This document shows, piece after piece, positions 18,180-26,331 of a stretch of 32,000 nt of DNA. The position numbers and the translations under genes were made by a program. Origin of the DNA: an uncultured archaeon (GTDB lineage Archaea > Asgardarchaeota > Thorarchaeia > Thorarchaeales > Thorarchaeaceae); assembly GCA_964354495.1 (NCBI GenBank), contig CAYHAA010000014.1, positions 9,361 through 41,360 of the forward strand, read 5' to 3'. The notes under the pieces are model-generated. The model had not been told where the DNA came from and searched no databases. It saw only the letters and a program-made list of their open reading frames with translations. Every line of letters starts with the position of its first letter. The stretch's first letter is position 1.

Positions 18180-20325
18180 GTGGAGAAGTTCTTCCATACC
18201 TCTTCACAATGTCGACCACTTCTGGAATCCAATCGAGTCCCAGTTTCTTGATCTTATCCATGGTTGGCACGCCATTTCGCGTCCAACCCCGCCTCTTGTA
18301 GGTTGCATCTGTGAGAAGCCTGTAACGTTCCTCCCTGTACTCACGGAGCTTCTTGTTCTTCTCGGTTATACTCAATCCTGAGATGTCAACACGAAGCTCC
18401 TTCAACTGGGCATCATAGCGTTCTGCTCTGGACTCATATTCCCAGTCAGTGACCGGCCCTGCACTTCTATACGGAATGAAGGAGTCATTGATTCGAAGAC
18501 CCTTGCCCTGTCTGATATTGAAGATTCTCTGGAAGTTGTACACTCTCTCGCTCATCGCAATGAGGTCTTCGCTCCCTACCTTCTTGCCACTCATTGCTGA
18601 GTAGAATCTGACATAGAACTCCACGTGTCCTGGTACCTTTGCAGGCTCAGATGTCTGTCTGTTGTCTGCAGGGACAATGTCATTCCACGGTAGTTTGCAC
18701 AGTCCGTTAAGTCCGAACCAAGTGCGCCACATTGGGAAGTAATGCAATGCCTCGGCCTTCTGGTCAAATGTAGGCATGTACTTGTGAACCATATCCATGA
18801 AGATGAGCCAGGCTTCATCGTGTTGTGGGCCTTTTAGTGTGAGGCCGTAACCTCCCTGCTGTGCAAGGCTCTCCTTGGTAACGTACTCCGAATACTCCAG
18901 ACCTTTGTGCTCCATGCCGATGTCGTGCATGAGGTCACGGTCGACCTCATGCTTGTCACTGAAGTAGCTCTTAAGGTAGTGAACACCTCTTCCTAGATGC
19001 TGCCCACCGAATCCCTTGCCATCAGCAATCTCATGAAGAACTGAGAGCGCCTCCTCAGCAGCACCCCACTTGAGCTTGTGACCTCCAGTGGCCTTTTCAT
19101 CGATATAGCCTCCCTCGAAGAGCTCCATGACGAACGCCATTGTTGTGCCAAAGGAAATAGTGTCGATACCATAGGCATCACAGTAGAAGTTCAGCTCTGC
19201 AATCCAAAGTGGGTCGAAGACACCGATGTTTGACCCGCATGCTGCGATTGTTTCATACTCTGGTCCATCGACAACCACCTGTTTTCCCTTGAAGGATCCT
19301 GTCTTAGGCACGAAGCCTTCTATGCAATGACTGCAGTTGATGGCGCAGGGTCTCCAACAGCCATCCCAGCCTTTCCCACCATTGGTGAAGATCTTCTCCC
19401 AGACTACTCCAAATACCCCCTTTGCCGCAGGATCGCCGCCCGTTCTGAAATTACGGGTTGGTAGGAGGTCAAACTCATCCATGATTGATGGAAGGTGTCC
19501 TGTTCCGATGGTCCTCATTCTATTCTGTTTGAGATCTAGTTCCAGGATCTCTCCCGAGTGTTCTCGTCCTACGGCCTTTATCTCATCGGGATCTGCGGGG
19601 TTATTCATTTCGAGTGTAATCTTTTCCCGCTTGACCGCAATTGCCTTGATCTTCTTATTTCGGAAGACGGTGCCAATGCCGCCACGTCCTGCTTGCTTGT
19701 ATCTTGGCATGTTTCTCCGCATATCCCACCACGAGAAGTTCAGGCACCCCATCCATGCATGCTCTGCCCCAGGTCCCGCAGCTGCAATCGCTATGTCTTT
19801 GCCTTCCGATGCCGTATGACGTTCACTGAGCACCCGAGTGATTTCATAGGCAGTACTCGGCAGGTCTTTAGCATCGTGAATCTCTACTCTACCTGTATCT
19901 CCATCGATGAGGATATAGACATCCTTCTTTGCCTTGCCCTGTATCTCCAACGCATCAAAACCAGAGAACTTCAGATTGGGCCCCACATAGCCGCCAACGT
20001 TGCTATCGATTGGAATGCCGGTCATTGGAGAAATCGAGGTGACAATCGATTTGCCAGCTCCTGGATACTGTGTCACTCCTCCTAGAGGACCAGTGGCAAT
20101 GCAGATCTCGTTCTCCGGGTCATCCCATTTCACGACCCTGTCCTTTGGGAGACCGTTCCACATCAACCAGAGGTCAAACCCCTTGCCGCCTGTGAAGGTG
20201 TCCTTCATCCTTTGGTCAACGGGCTTGATTCTAATCGTGTTGTCTGAGAGATTGATGTACAGGGTCTGATTTGCATATCCTCTCTCAATCATTGGAACTG
20301 TGTACCTGAACTCCTTCAATGTCAA
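18139..20325 (-). CDS. aor: Tungsten/molybdopterin aldehyde:ferredoxin oxidoreductase family protein
   Basis: SNVGGYVG, GFDALEIQG, AGRGGIGTVFRNKKIKAI, DGPEYET, CDAYGIDTISFG, NGLCKLPW and RGWTRNGVPT. TTG start. Confidence 0.93.
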   Translation of the reverse strand: MTLKEFRYTVPMIERGYANQTLYINLSDNTIRIKPVDQRMKDTFTGGKGFDLWLMWNGLPKDRVVKWDDPENEICIATGPLGGVTQYPGAGKSIVTSISPMTGIPIDSNVGGYVGPNLKFSGFDALEIQGKAKKDVYILIDGDTGRVEIHDAKDLPSTAYEITRVLSERHTASEGKDIAIAAAGPGAEHAWMGCLNFSWWDMRRNMPRYKQAGRGGIGTVFRNKKIKAIAVKREKITLEMNNPADPDEIKAVGREHSGEILELDLKQNRMRTIGTGHLPSIMDEFDLLPTRNFRTGGDPAAKGVFGVVWEKIFTNGGKGWDGCWRPCAINCSHCIEGFVPKTGSFKGKQVVVDGPEYETIAACGSNIGVFDPLWIAELNFYCDAYGIDTISFGTTMAFVMELFEGGYIDEKATGGHKLKWGAAEEALSVLHEIADGKGFGGQHLGRGVHYLKSYFSDKHEVDRDLMHDIGMEHKGLEYSEYVTKESLAQQGGYGLTLKGPQHDEAWLIFMDMVHKYMPTFDQKAEALHYFPMWRTWFGLNGLCKLPWNDIVPADNRQTSEPAKVPGHVEFYVRFYSAMSGKKVGSEDLIAMSERVYNFQRIFNIRQGKGLRINDSFIPYRSAGPVTDWEYESRAERYDAQLKELRVDISGLSITEKNKKLREYREERYRLLTDATYKRRGWTRNGVPTMDKIKKLGLDWIPEVVDIVKRYGRTSPPKNTLPASDEAWK

Positions 20326-20529
20326 GAATGTTCACCATTCCTGTTGGCAATCTGCTTGAACTATGCTACGTAATAGCAGAGATATAGGCTCCAAACGAGT
20401 CTTGCATATGAGTCTTGCCTTAGCTGACGTGCACAATTATGCATATGGGTTGAATTTTATAGAGGACAACTCAGGAAGGCATACCTCCAGAGTTTTTCTC
20501 TGAAAGGTCGATTTCCTCTCCGAGACTAC

Positions 20530-20550
20530 ATGGTTACATTTTTTAACCAT
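20530..20550. promoter_or_regulatory. Palindrome ATGGTTA-N7-TAACCAT, candidate operator in the divergent aor/hdr spacer
   Basis: Perfect 7-bp inverted repeat with an AT-rich spacer, read directly from the sequence. Function is inferred. Confidence 0.45.
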
Positions 20551-20871
20551 ATGACATTGCCCAATGAGACCCTACATCATGTCCACGTTACAAGATGTAC
20601 GGTTTCTTACGTTTGCAGCGTCCATATGTAAGAGATAAATAGCAGATTCATTCCGCGAGTGACGTTATCATACACGGCAAGTATATTGTCGTCGAGATTG
20701 TAACAAAAGATACCGCAAAGCCGATTTGATGAACTTGAATGAGAAGACCTTGACAACTAACGAAGTGGAGATTTCAATGATAGGAGACCAAAGCACATCA
20801 TCCGACCGGCATCTGGGCTTTTTCTTTCACCTTTCAAAATCCTTTTCTTGTCTGGCAATGGAGGTCGTTTC

Positions 20872-23625
20872 ATGACCACAGAAAAACAGCACAAATCCAA
20901 GGGCGGCGGAGGTAGCACCGCAATCAAATCGAATGAAGCTCTTGTTGTTGGCGGTGGCGTTGCAGGAATGCAGGCAGCAATTGACATAGCTAACCAGGGC
21001 TTCAAAGTGACTCTGCTCGAAAGATCCTCATCAGTCGGCGGAGTTATGGCGAAAATTGATAAGACCTTCCCCACTCTTGATTGTAGTGCTTGTATTCTAA
21101 CTCCGCGACTCAGTGAGGTTTCTCGTCATCCCAATATTGATCTTCTTACATACTCTGAGATTAAGTCAGTAAGTGGAGCGTCTGGGGATTTTCGAGTCAG
21201 AGTCCATAGACACGCACGCTACGTGGACGAGAACAAATGTAACGGTTGCGGAGATTGTATTTCAGTCTGCCCTGTAGAAGTGCCGAATGAGTTCGATGGC
21301 AAACTAGGATTTCGAAAGGCGATCTATACACCTTTTCCACAGGCAACACCCAATGTCGTTACTGTCGACAAGAGGGGTGAACCTGCTTGCAGATCAACGT
21401 GCCCTGCTGAGGTAAATGCTCAGGGTTTTGTGACAATGATGCGTCATGGCAAGTTTGATGAAGCGCTCGAGATTGTCAGACGATCTATTCCATTTCCTGG
21501 GGTTCTCGGAAGGGTGTGTATTAGTTTCTGTGAAGCAGAATGCGAGCGAGGAATGCTTGATGAGAGTATGAGCATAAGAAATCTTCACAGATATCTTGCT
21601 GATTACGAACGGTCTCATGGAGCTGCTCCTGTAGTTGCAGACATCAATAAGAAAGAGCGAGTGGCTGTTGTGGGCGGCGGACCTGGCGGGATCAGTTGTG
21701 CCTATCATCTTGCCCGTATGGGTTATCCAGTCACGGTCTTTGAACGGCAGCAGAATGCGGGCGGGATGCTACGATACTGCATACCTGAGTATAGACTACC
21801 ACGTGACATTCTGGATGAGGAAATTCAGCGTGTTGTTGACATGGGAGTGAAAATCAAGACAGGAACAGACGTCAAATCCCTTAATGATCTGCTTAACAAG
21901 GGCTTCAAGGCTGTCTTCGTGGCTACTGGGGCTTGGGAAAGCAATAAGTTAGGAATTGCCGGTGAAGATGTCGAGGGCGTTGTCCATGCTATCAGATTCC
22001 TCCAGGATGTTAATACTGGCGAGAAGGTGACCGTCGGAGTGCGTGTCGTCGTTGTTGGTGGTGGAGATGCTGCCGTCGACTCTGCGCGTGTTGCAAGGCG
22101 ACTTGGAGCAAAGGAAGTGACTCTTGTCTATAGGCGTTCCCATGTTGAGATTCCGGCTATTCCAAGTGAAGTCGAGGATGCGAAGGCTGAAGGTGTCAGG
22201 TTCATGCTTTTGACAAACCCTGTTGAGATCCTATCTTCAAAGGGTCACATCACAGGAGTTCGATGCATCAAGATGCGTCTGGGTGAGCCTGACCACTCCG
22301 GACGGCGTCGAGCTGTTCCGATTCAGAATTCTGAGTTCACGATGGCTGTAGATGAGATGATTGTTGCAGTTGGTCAGTCAGCAGACCCGAAAGGTGTGCA
22401 GGCTGAGCTGGAATGCACTGAATGGGGGACTGTCAAATGTGACCCAATTACTCTTGCAACAAACGTTGCTGGGGTTTTTGGGGGTGGAGATATTTTCACC
22501 GGGCCGAACACAGTCGTTAAGGCTGTCGGTGCTGGTAGGCAGGCTGCTATCTCAATTGACAAGTACATTCGCGGCGTTGACTTGATGGAGGGTCGTGCAA
22601 ACGAACTCCACAGAGTACAGTCCTATGAAGTGGATAAGAGCAATATCCCTGTTGAGCCTCGTGCGATAATGCCTAAGCACATCCTTGAGGGCAGAAAACC
22701 TGACTTCTCTGAAGTCGAGCTCGGATTCAGTGATGCCCAAGCTATTCAAGAAGCTGAACGATGTTTCGGTTGTGCAGTCTGCTGTGAGTGTGCGAGATGC
22801 GTTGAGGCATGTACTCGGGAGGCTATCAATCATCATATGACTGATGAGGTGGTGGACCTGCATGTCGGTGCCATTATTCTGGCTACAGGGTACAGGCTCT
22901 TCGATGTTACGAAGTACCCACAGTATGGGTATGGCAAGTTGCCAAACGTCATAACAGCAATGGAGTTCGAGAGGCTGATTAATGCGGCAGGCCCCACACA
23001 TGGGCATCTTATTCGACTCACAGATGGCAAGATACCTGAGAGTATTGGTTTTGTTCAGTGTGTCGGTGCAAGAGATGTCCAGAAGGGTGTCCCGTTCTGT
23101 TCCAGAGTGTGCTGCATGTATGGTATAAAGAACGCTGTCATGGCGAAAGAGCACCGCCACGACGCAAAAGTGACTGTGTACTATGCGGATATTCGCGCCT
23201 TCGGAAAGGGATTTGAGGAGTTCTACGAGATGGCGCGTACACGCTTCGGTGTGAACTTCGTTCGAGGTCGTGTTGCAGAGGTCATGGAGGATAAGAAGAA
23301 TGAGAAGCTCATCGTCCGCTTTGAGGATACTGAAACGGGTGAGCTGCACGATGTAACTCATGACCTTGTCATTCTTAGTCCTGGAATCCAGCCTCCGGAG
23401 GGACTTGAGGACCTGGCAGTGGAACTCAATATGGATCTTAGTGATGAAGGCTATGTCCAAGTTCAAGATGCTGTCCTCACACCTGTTGATACCGATGTGC
23501 CTGGTGTGTTCGTTGCAGGATGTGCAGATGGACCCAAAGATATTCCCGATTCTGTGAGCGCGGGAAGTGCAGCTGCGATGAGAGCAACTATCATTCTGTC
23601 GAAGGTGGACAGGGAGGAGCAATAG
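20872..23625 (+). CDS. hdrA: HdrA-like flavoprotein with an inserted GltD/NfnB-like NAD(P)H module (HdrL type)
   Basis: SD GGAGGT then ATG 20872. GGGVAG..KTFPTLDCSAC. Inside the ferredoxin domain sits an insert: CRSTCP..GRVCISFCEAEC..GGGPGG..GGGDAAVD..YRRS..EAERC. The HdrA core then resumes (MEFERL, CVGARD, CSRVCCMY, GPKDIPDSV). Confidence 0.93.
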   Translation: MTTEKQHKSKGGGGSTAIKSNEALVVGGGVAGMQAAIDIANQGFKVTLLERSSSVGGVMAKIDKTFPTLDCSACILTPRLSEVSRHPNIDLLTYSEIKSVSGASGDFRVRVHRHARYVDENKCNGCGDCISVCPVEVPNEFDGKLGFRKAIYTPFPQATPNVVTVDKRGEPACRSTCPAEVNAQGFVTMMRHGKFDEALEIVRRSIPFPGVLGRVCISFCEAECERGMLDESMSIRNLHRYLADYERSHGAAPVVADINKKERVAVVGGGPGGISCAYHLARMGYPVTVFERQQNAGGMLRYCIPEYRLPRDILDEEIQRVVDMGVKIKTGTDVKSLNDLLNKGFKAVFVATGAWESNKLGIAGEDVEGVVHAIRFLQDVNTGEKVTVGVRVVVVGGGDAAVDSARVARRLGAKEVTLVYRRSHVEIPAIPSEVEDAKAEGVRFMLLTNPVEILSSKGHITGVRCIKMRLGEPDHSGRRRAVPIQNSEFTMAVDEMIVAVGQSADPKGVQAELECTEWGTVKCDPITLATNVAGVFGGGDIFTGPNTVVKAVGAGRQAAISIDKYIRGVDLMEGRANELHRVQSYEVDKSNIPVEPRAIMPKHILEGRKPDFSEVELGFSDAQAIQEAERCFGCAVCCECARCVEACTREAINHHMTDEVVDLHVGAIILATGYRLFDVTKYPQYGYGKLPNVITAMEFERLINAAGPTHGHLIRLTDGKIPESIGFVQCVGARDVQKGVPFCSRVCCMYGIKNAVMAKEHRHDAKVTVYYADIRAFGKGFEEFYEMARTRFGVNFVRGRVAEVMEDKKNEKLIVRFEDTETGELHDVTHDLVILSPGIQPPEGLEDLAVELNMDLSDEGYVQVQDAVLTPVDTDVPGVFVAGCADGPKDIPDSVSAGSAAAMRATIILSKVDREEQ

Positions 23626-23627
23626 CA

Positions 23628-24152
23628 GTGTCAAAAGATGGTGTCCGGCAAAAGTCAGTAGTCAATAATGTCCCAAGTTCAAACTTTGCTAAGGAGGTCG
23701 AGAAGGAATTCGGTGGGGAAGGGATTATGAAATGCATCCAGTGCGGTATGTGTACAGCTTCGTGCATGGTTGCGAGCATGACTGACCGTTATCGTCCTCG
23801 AAAGCTCATCCAGAAAGTCCTTCTTGGCAAACGCGAAGAGGTTCTCTCAAGCGAGCTCCCTTGGCTCTGCATGACCTGCAGACTATGTGAAGAGCGATGC
23901 CAAGAGGATGTCAACCTTGCAGAGATATTCCATGCGGTGCGCGAGATTGCTGCACGTGAAGGCTACGTTCCCAAGGTCTTTCAAAACACGATTAATAAGG
24001 TCCTAGAAGATGGTTGGCTGCTCAAAGATGCCTATACTGATTTTGTTGAGGATGACCGATCGGATCTTGGACTCGATCCCAGACTTGACTGGAACAATGA
24101 GTTCGTGAAGAAGGTCAAGAAGCGTTACTTTGACAGAGGCGATAAGAAGTGA
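23628..24152 (+). CDS. hdrC: Heterodisulfide reductase subunit C
   Basis: CIQCGMCTASC and WLCMTCRLCEERC. GTG start at 23628 after a GGAGG SD, in frame with the listed ORF. Confidence 0.93.
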   Translation: MSKDGVRQKSVVNNVPSSNFAKEVEKEFGGEGIMKCIQCGMCTASCMVASMTDRYRPRKLIQKVLLGKREEVLSSELPWLCMTCRLCEERCQEDVNLAEIFHAVREIAAREGYVPKVFQNTINKVLEDGWLLKDAYTDFVEDDRSDLGLDPRLDWNNEFVKKVKKRYFDRGDKK

Positions 24153-25015
24153 AAGAGTTCGTTCTCTACACAGGATGCACAACTCCTGTTCGATTACCCG
24201 GCTATGAAGCAGCGGTCACTGTTGTTCTTGAGAAACTTGGTGTTCGTCTGATTCCAATGAAGGATGCCAATTGTTGTGGCGCACAGTATGTCGAATCAGT
24301 AAGCCACACTGCCTTTGCAGCAATGAGTGGAAGAATCCTTGCTATTGCTGAGAGTATGGATCGTAACATCCTAGCAGTCTGTGGCGCCTGCTCAGGTTCA
24401 CTCAAGGCGGTGAAGCATGACCTCGATCATCACCCTGACCTGCGTGCGGAGGTCAATGATCTTCTTGCTGAAGAGGGCCTGAAGTATACAGGCACTGTAG
24501 AGGTGAAGCATCTTCTTCAGATCTTCAATGAGGACATTGGCTATGATGCGATAAAAGCTGCGATTGTAAAGCCCTATCATGGTGTACGTCTCGCTGCACA
24601 CTATGGTTGCCATGTGACGCGCCCTCCAGAAATCGTCCATGTTGACGATCCTGAAACTCCAGTCATTATCGACAGAATCATTGAGATTGCTGGCGCAACA
24701 CCAGTGGACTACACTGGAAAAACCCGTTGCTGTGGAGGCCCCATGCTGGCAATGGATCAAGAAGTCGCAAACAAGATCGGCCTTGACAAGATCAAGAATA
24801 TTCGAAATGAGAGAGCTCAAGGTATTGTTACAGCCTGTGTCTTCTGTGATATACAGCTGACTCAAGTGCAGTTCGGGGACACGGCTGGAAGCGAGCCGAA
24901 GATACCTGTGTTGACTCTTCCGCAGTTCTTGGGTCCCGCGTTGGGTATCAACTTCGATGAACTAGGCATTCAACTGAATAAAATCAGCCCAGAGGCGATT
25001 CTACAAGTAACGTAG
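24149..25015 (+). CDS. hdrB: Heterodisulfide reductase subunit B
   Basis: Two CCG domains: YTGC..CCGA..CGAC and HYGCH..CCGG..CVFC. GTGA overlap with hdrC. Confidence 0.95.
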   Translation: MKEFVLYTGCTTPVRLPGYEAAVTVVLEKLGVRLIPMKDANCCGAQYVESVSHTAFAAMSGRILAIAESMDRNILAVCGACSGSLKAVKHDLDHHPDLRAEVNDLLAEEGLKYTGTVEVKHLLQIFNEDIGYDAIKAAIVKPYHGVRLAAHYGCHVTRPPEIVHVDDPETPVIIDRIIEIAGATPVDYTGKTRCCGGPMLAMDQEVANKIGLDKIKNIRNERAQGIVTACVFCDIQLTQVQFGDTAGSEPKIPVLTLPQFLGPALGINFDELGIQLNKISPEAILQVT

Positions 25016-25026
25016 AGGAATAGAGA

Positions 25027-26328
25027 ATGACGGAGAAGAAAGCACAAGCAGCACTCATCATCGGTGGCGGTGTTGCCGGGATGCAAGCCGCGCTTGACAT
25101 TGCGAACCAAGGATTCAAGGTCTATCTAGTCGAGAGGACCCCTTCAATAGGAGGTAGAATGGCACAGATAGACAAGACATTTCCAACACTCGATTGCAGC
25201 GCATGTATCTTGACACCCAAGCTCAGTGAGGTCTCTCACCATAAGAATATCAATCTGCTGACATATTCGGAAGTGGGTAGCGTGACGGGGAAATCTGGCG
25301 ATTTTCGTGTGCGTATAAGACGCAAGGCTCGTTTTGTGAAGGAAGACCTCTGTTCTGGCTGCGGTGATTGCGCCGCTGAATGTCCAACCGAAGTTCCTAA
25401 TGAGTTCGATATGAACATTGGATTCAGGAAAGCTATCTACGTTGGATTCCCGCAGGCGACACCTAATGTCTACACTGTTGACAAGGAGAATTGCATCAAC
25501 TGTGGAAGGTGTGTGAAAGCATGTCAGCGGAATGCTATTGATATGGATATGGCCGATAAGACCCTAGACATTCATGTTGGTGCGATCATTGTCGCTACTG
25601 GATTCGAGCTATTCGATGTAAGTCAATATCCACGGCTAGGTTATGGTCATTATGCAAATGTCATTCATGCGATGGAGTTTGAACGGCTCATTAATGCAGC
25701 AGGGCCGACTCACGGCCATCTTGTTCGCCTGAGCGACGGGAGGAAACCCCACAGCATTGGCTTTGTGCAGTGCGTTGGTGCGAGGGATGTTCAGAAGGGT
25801 GTTCCCTATTGCAGTCGTGTTTGCTGCATGTACTCTATCAAGAACGCCGTAATGACACTCGAACATTATCCCGATGCTGAAGTATGGGTGTACTATGCAG
25901 ACATTAGGGCATTTGGCAAGGGATTCGAGGAATTCTATGAGATGGCCAAGAATCGGTTCGGTGTGAAGTTTGTTAGGGGCCGTGTGGCCGAGGTGATGGA
26001 AGGCAAGAATACAGGCAACCTGGTTGTAAAGGTCGAAGATACCGAGAGCTCAACAATTCGCCTTGTTGAGCATGACCTGGTGGTGATCAGCCCTGGTATC
26101 GTTCCTCCTGAAGGAATGGATACCTTGGCAACAAAGATGGGAATCGCCAAGACTGATGACGGCTATGTTCAGATTGATCACTCCTTCTTCGGCCCCACCT
26201 TGACGAAGGTCCCGGGTGTGTTTGTATGTGGATGTGCAGATGGGCCTAAGGATATTCCAGACTCTGTTAGCGCGGGAAGTTCAGCCGCAATGAAGGCAAC
26301 CATCATCCTGAGCAAAGGAGGAACATAG
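25027..26328 (+). CDS. hdrA: Partial HdrA: FAD core plus inserted 2x[4Fe-4S] domain, lacking the N- and C-terminal Fe-S domains
   Basis: GGGVAG, FPTLDCSAC, CSGCGDCAAECP, CINCGRCVKAC, CVGARD and CSRVCCMY. Close paralogue of the 20872 gene without its GltD insert. Confidence 0.93.
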   Translation: MTEKKAQAALIIGGGVAGMQAALDIANQGFKVYLVERTPSIGGRMAQIDKTFPTLDCSACILTPKLSEVSHHKNINLLTYSEVGSVTGKSGDFRVRIRRKARFVKEDLCSGCGDCAAECPTEVPNEFDMNIGFRKAIYVGFPQATPNVYTVDKENCINCGRCVKACQRNAIDMDMADKTLDIHVGAIIVATGFELFDVSQYPRLGYGHYANVIHAMEFERLINAAGPTHGHLVRLSDGRKPHSIGFVQCVGARDVQKGVPYCSRVCCMYSIKNAVMTLEHYPDAEVWVYYADIRAFGKGFEEFYEMAKNRFGVKFVRGRVAEVMEGKNTGNLVVKVEDTESSTIRLVEHDLVVISPGIVPPEGMDTLATKMGIAKTDDGYVQIDHSFFGPTLTKVPGVFVCGCADGPKDIPDSVSAGSSAAMKATIILSKGGT

Positions 26329-26331
26329 AGT

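Noticed and set aside
23520-23627. ORF-track N-terminal extensions of hdrC (also hdrA 20848, mvhD 28047, pmbA 13043, thioredoxin 10304)
   Set aside because: They overlap upstream genes or lack similarity. Downstream starts with SD motifs or stop/start overlaps fit better.
19337-23634. Long antisense/alternate-frame ORFs (e.g. 19337-19819, 19558-20085, 22552-23634; likewise 9280-9753, 9754-10251, 24398-24865)
   Set aside because: They are shadows of well-supported genes, with no motifs or start signals of their own.
20872-26328. Sequence similarity between the hdrA genes as a repeat, mobile element or assembly duplication
   Set aside because: The copies differ at many synonymous positions and both are intact, which indicates ordinary paralogy.
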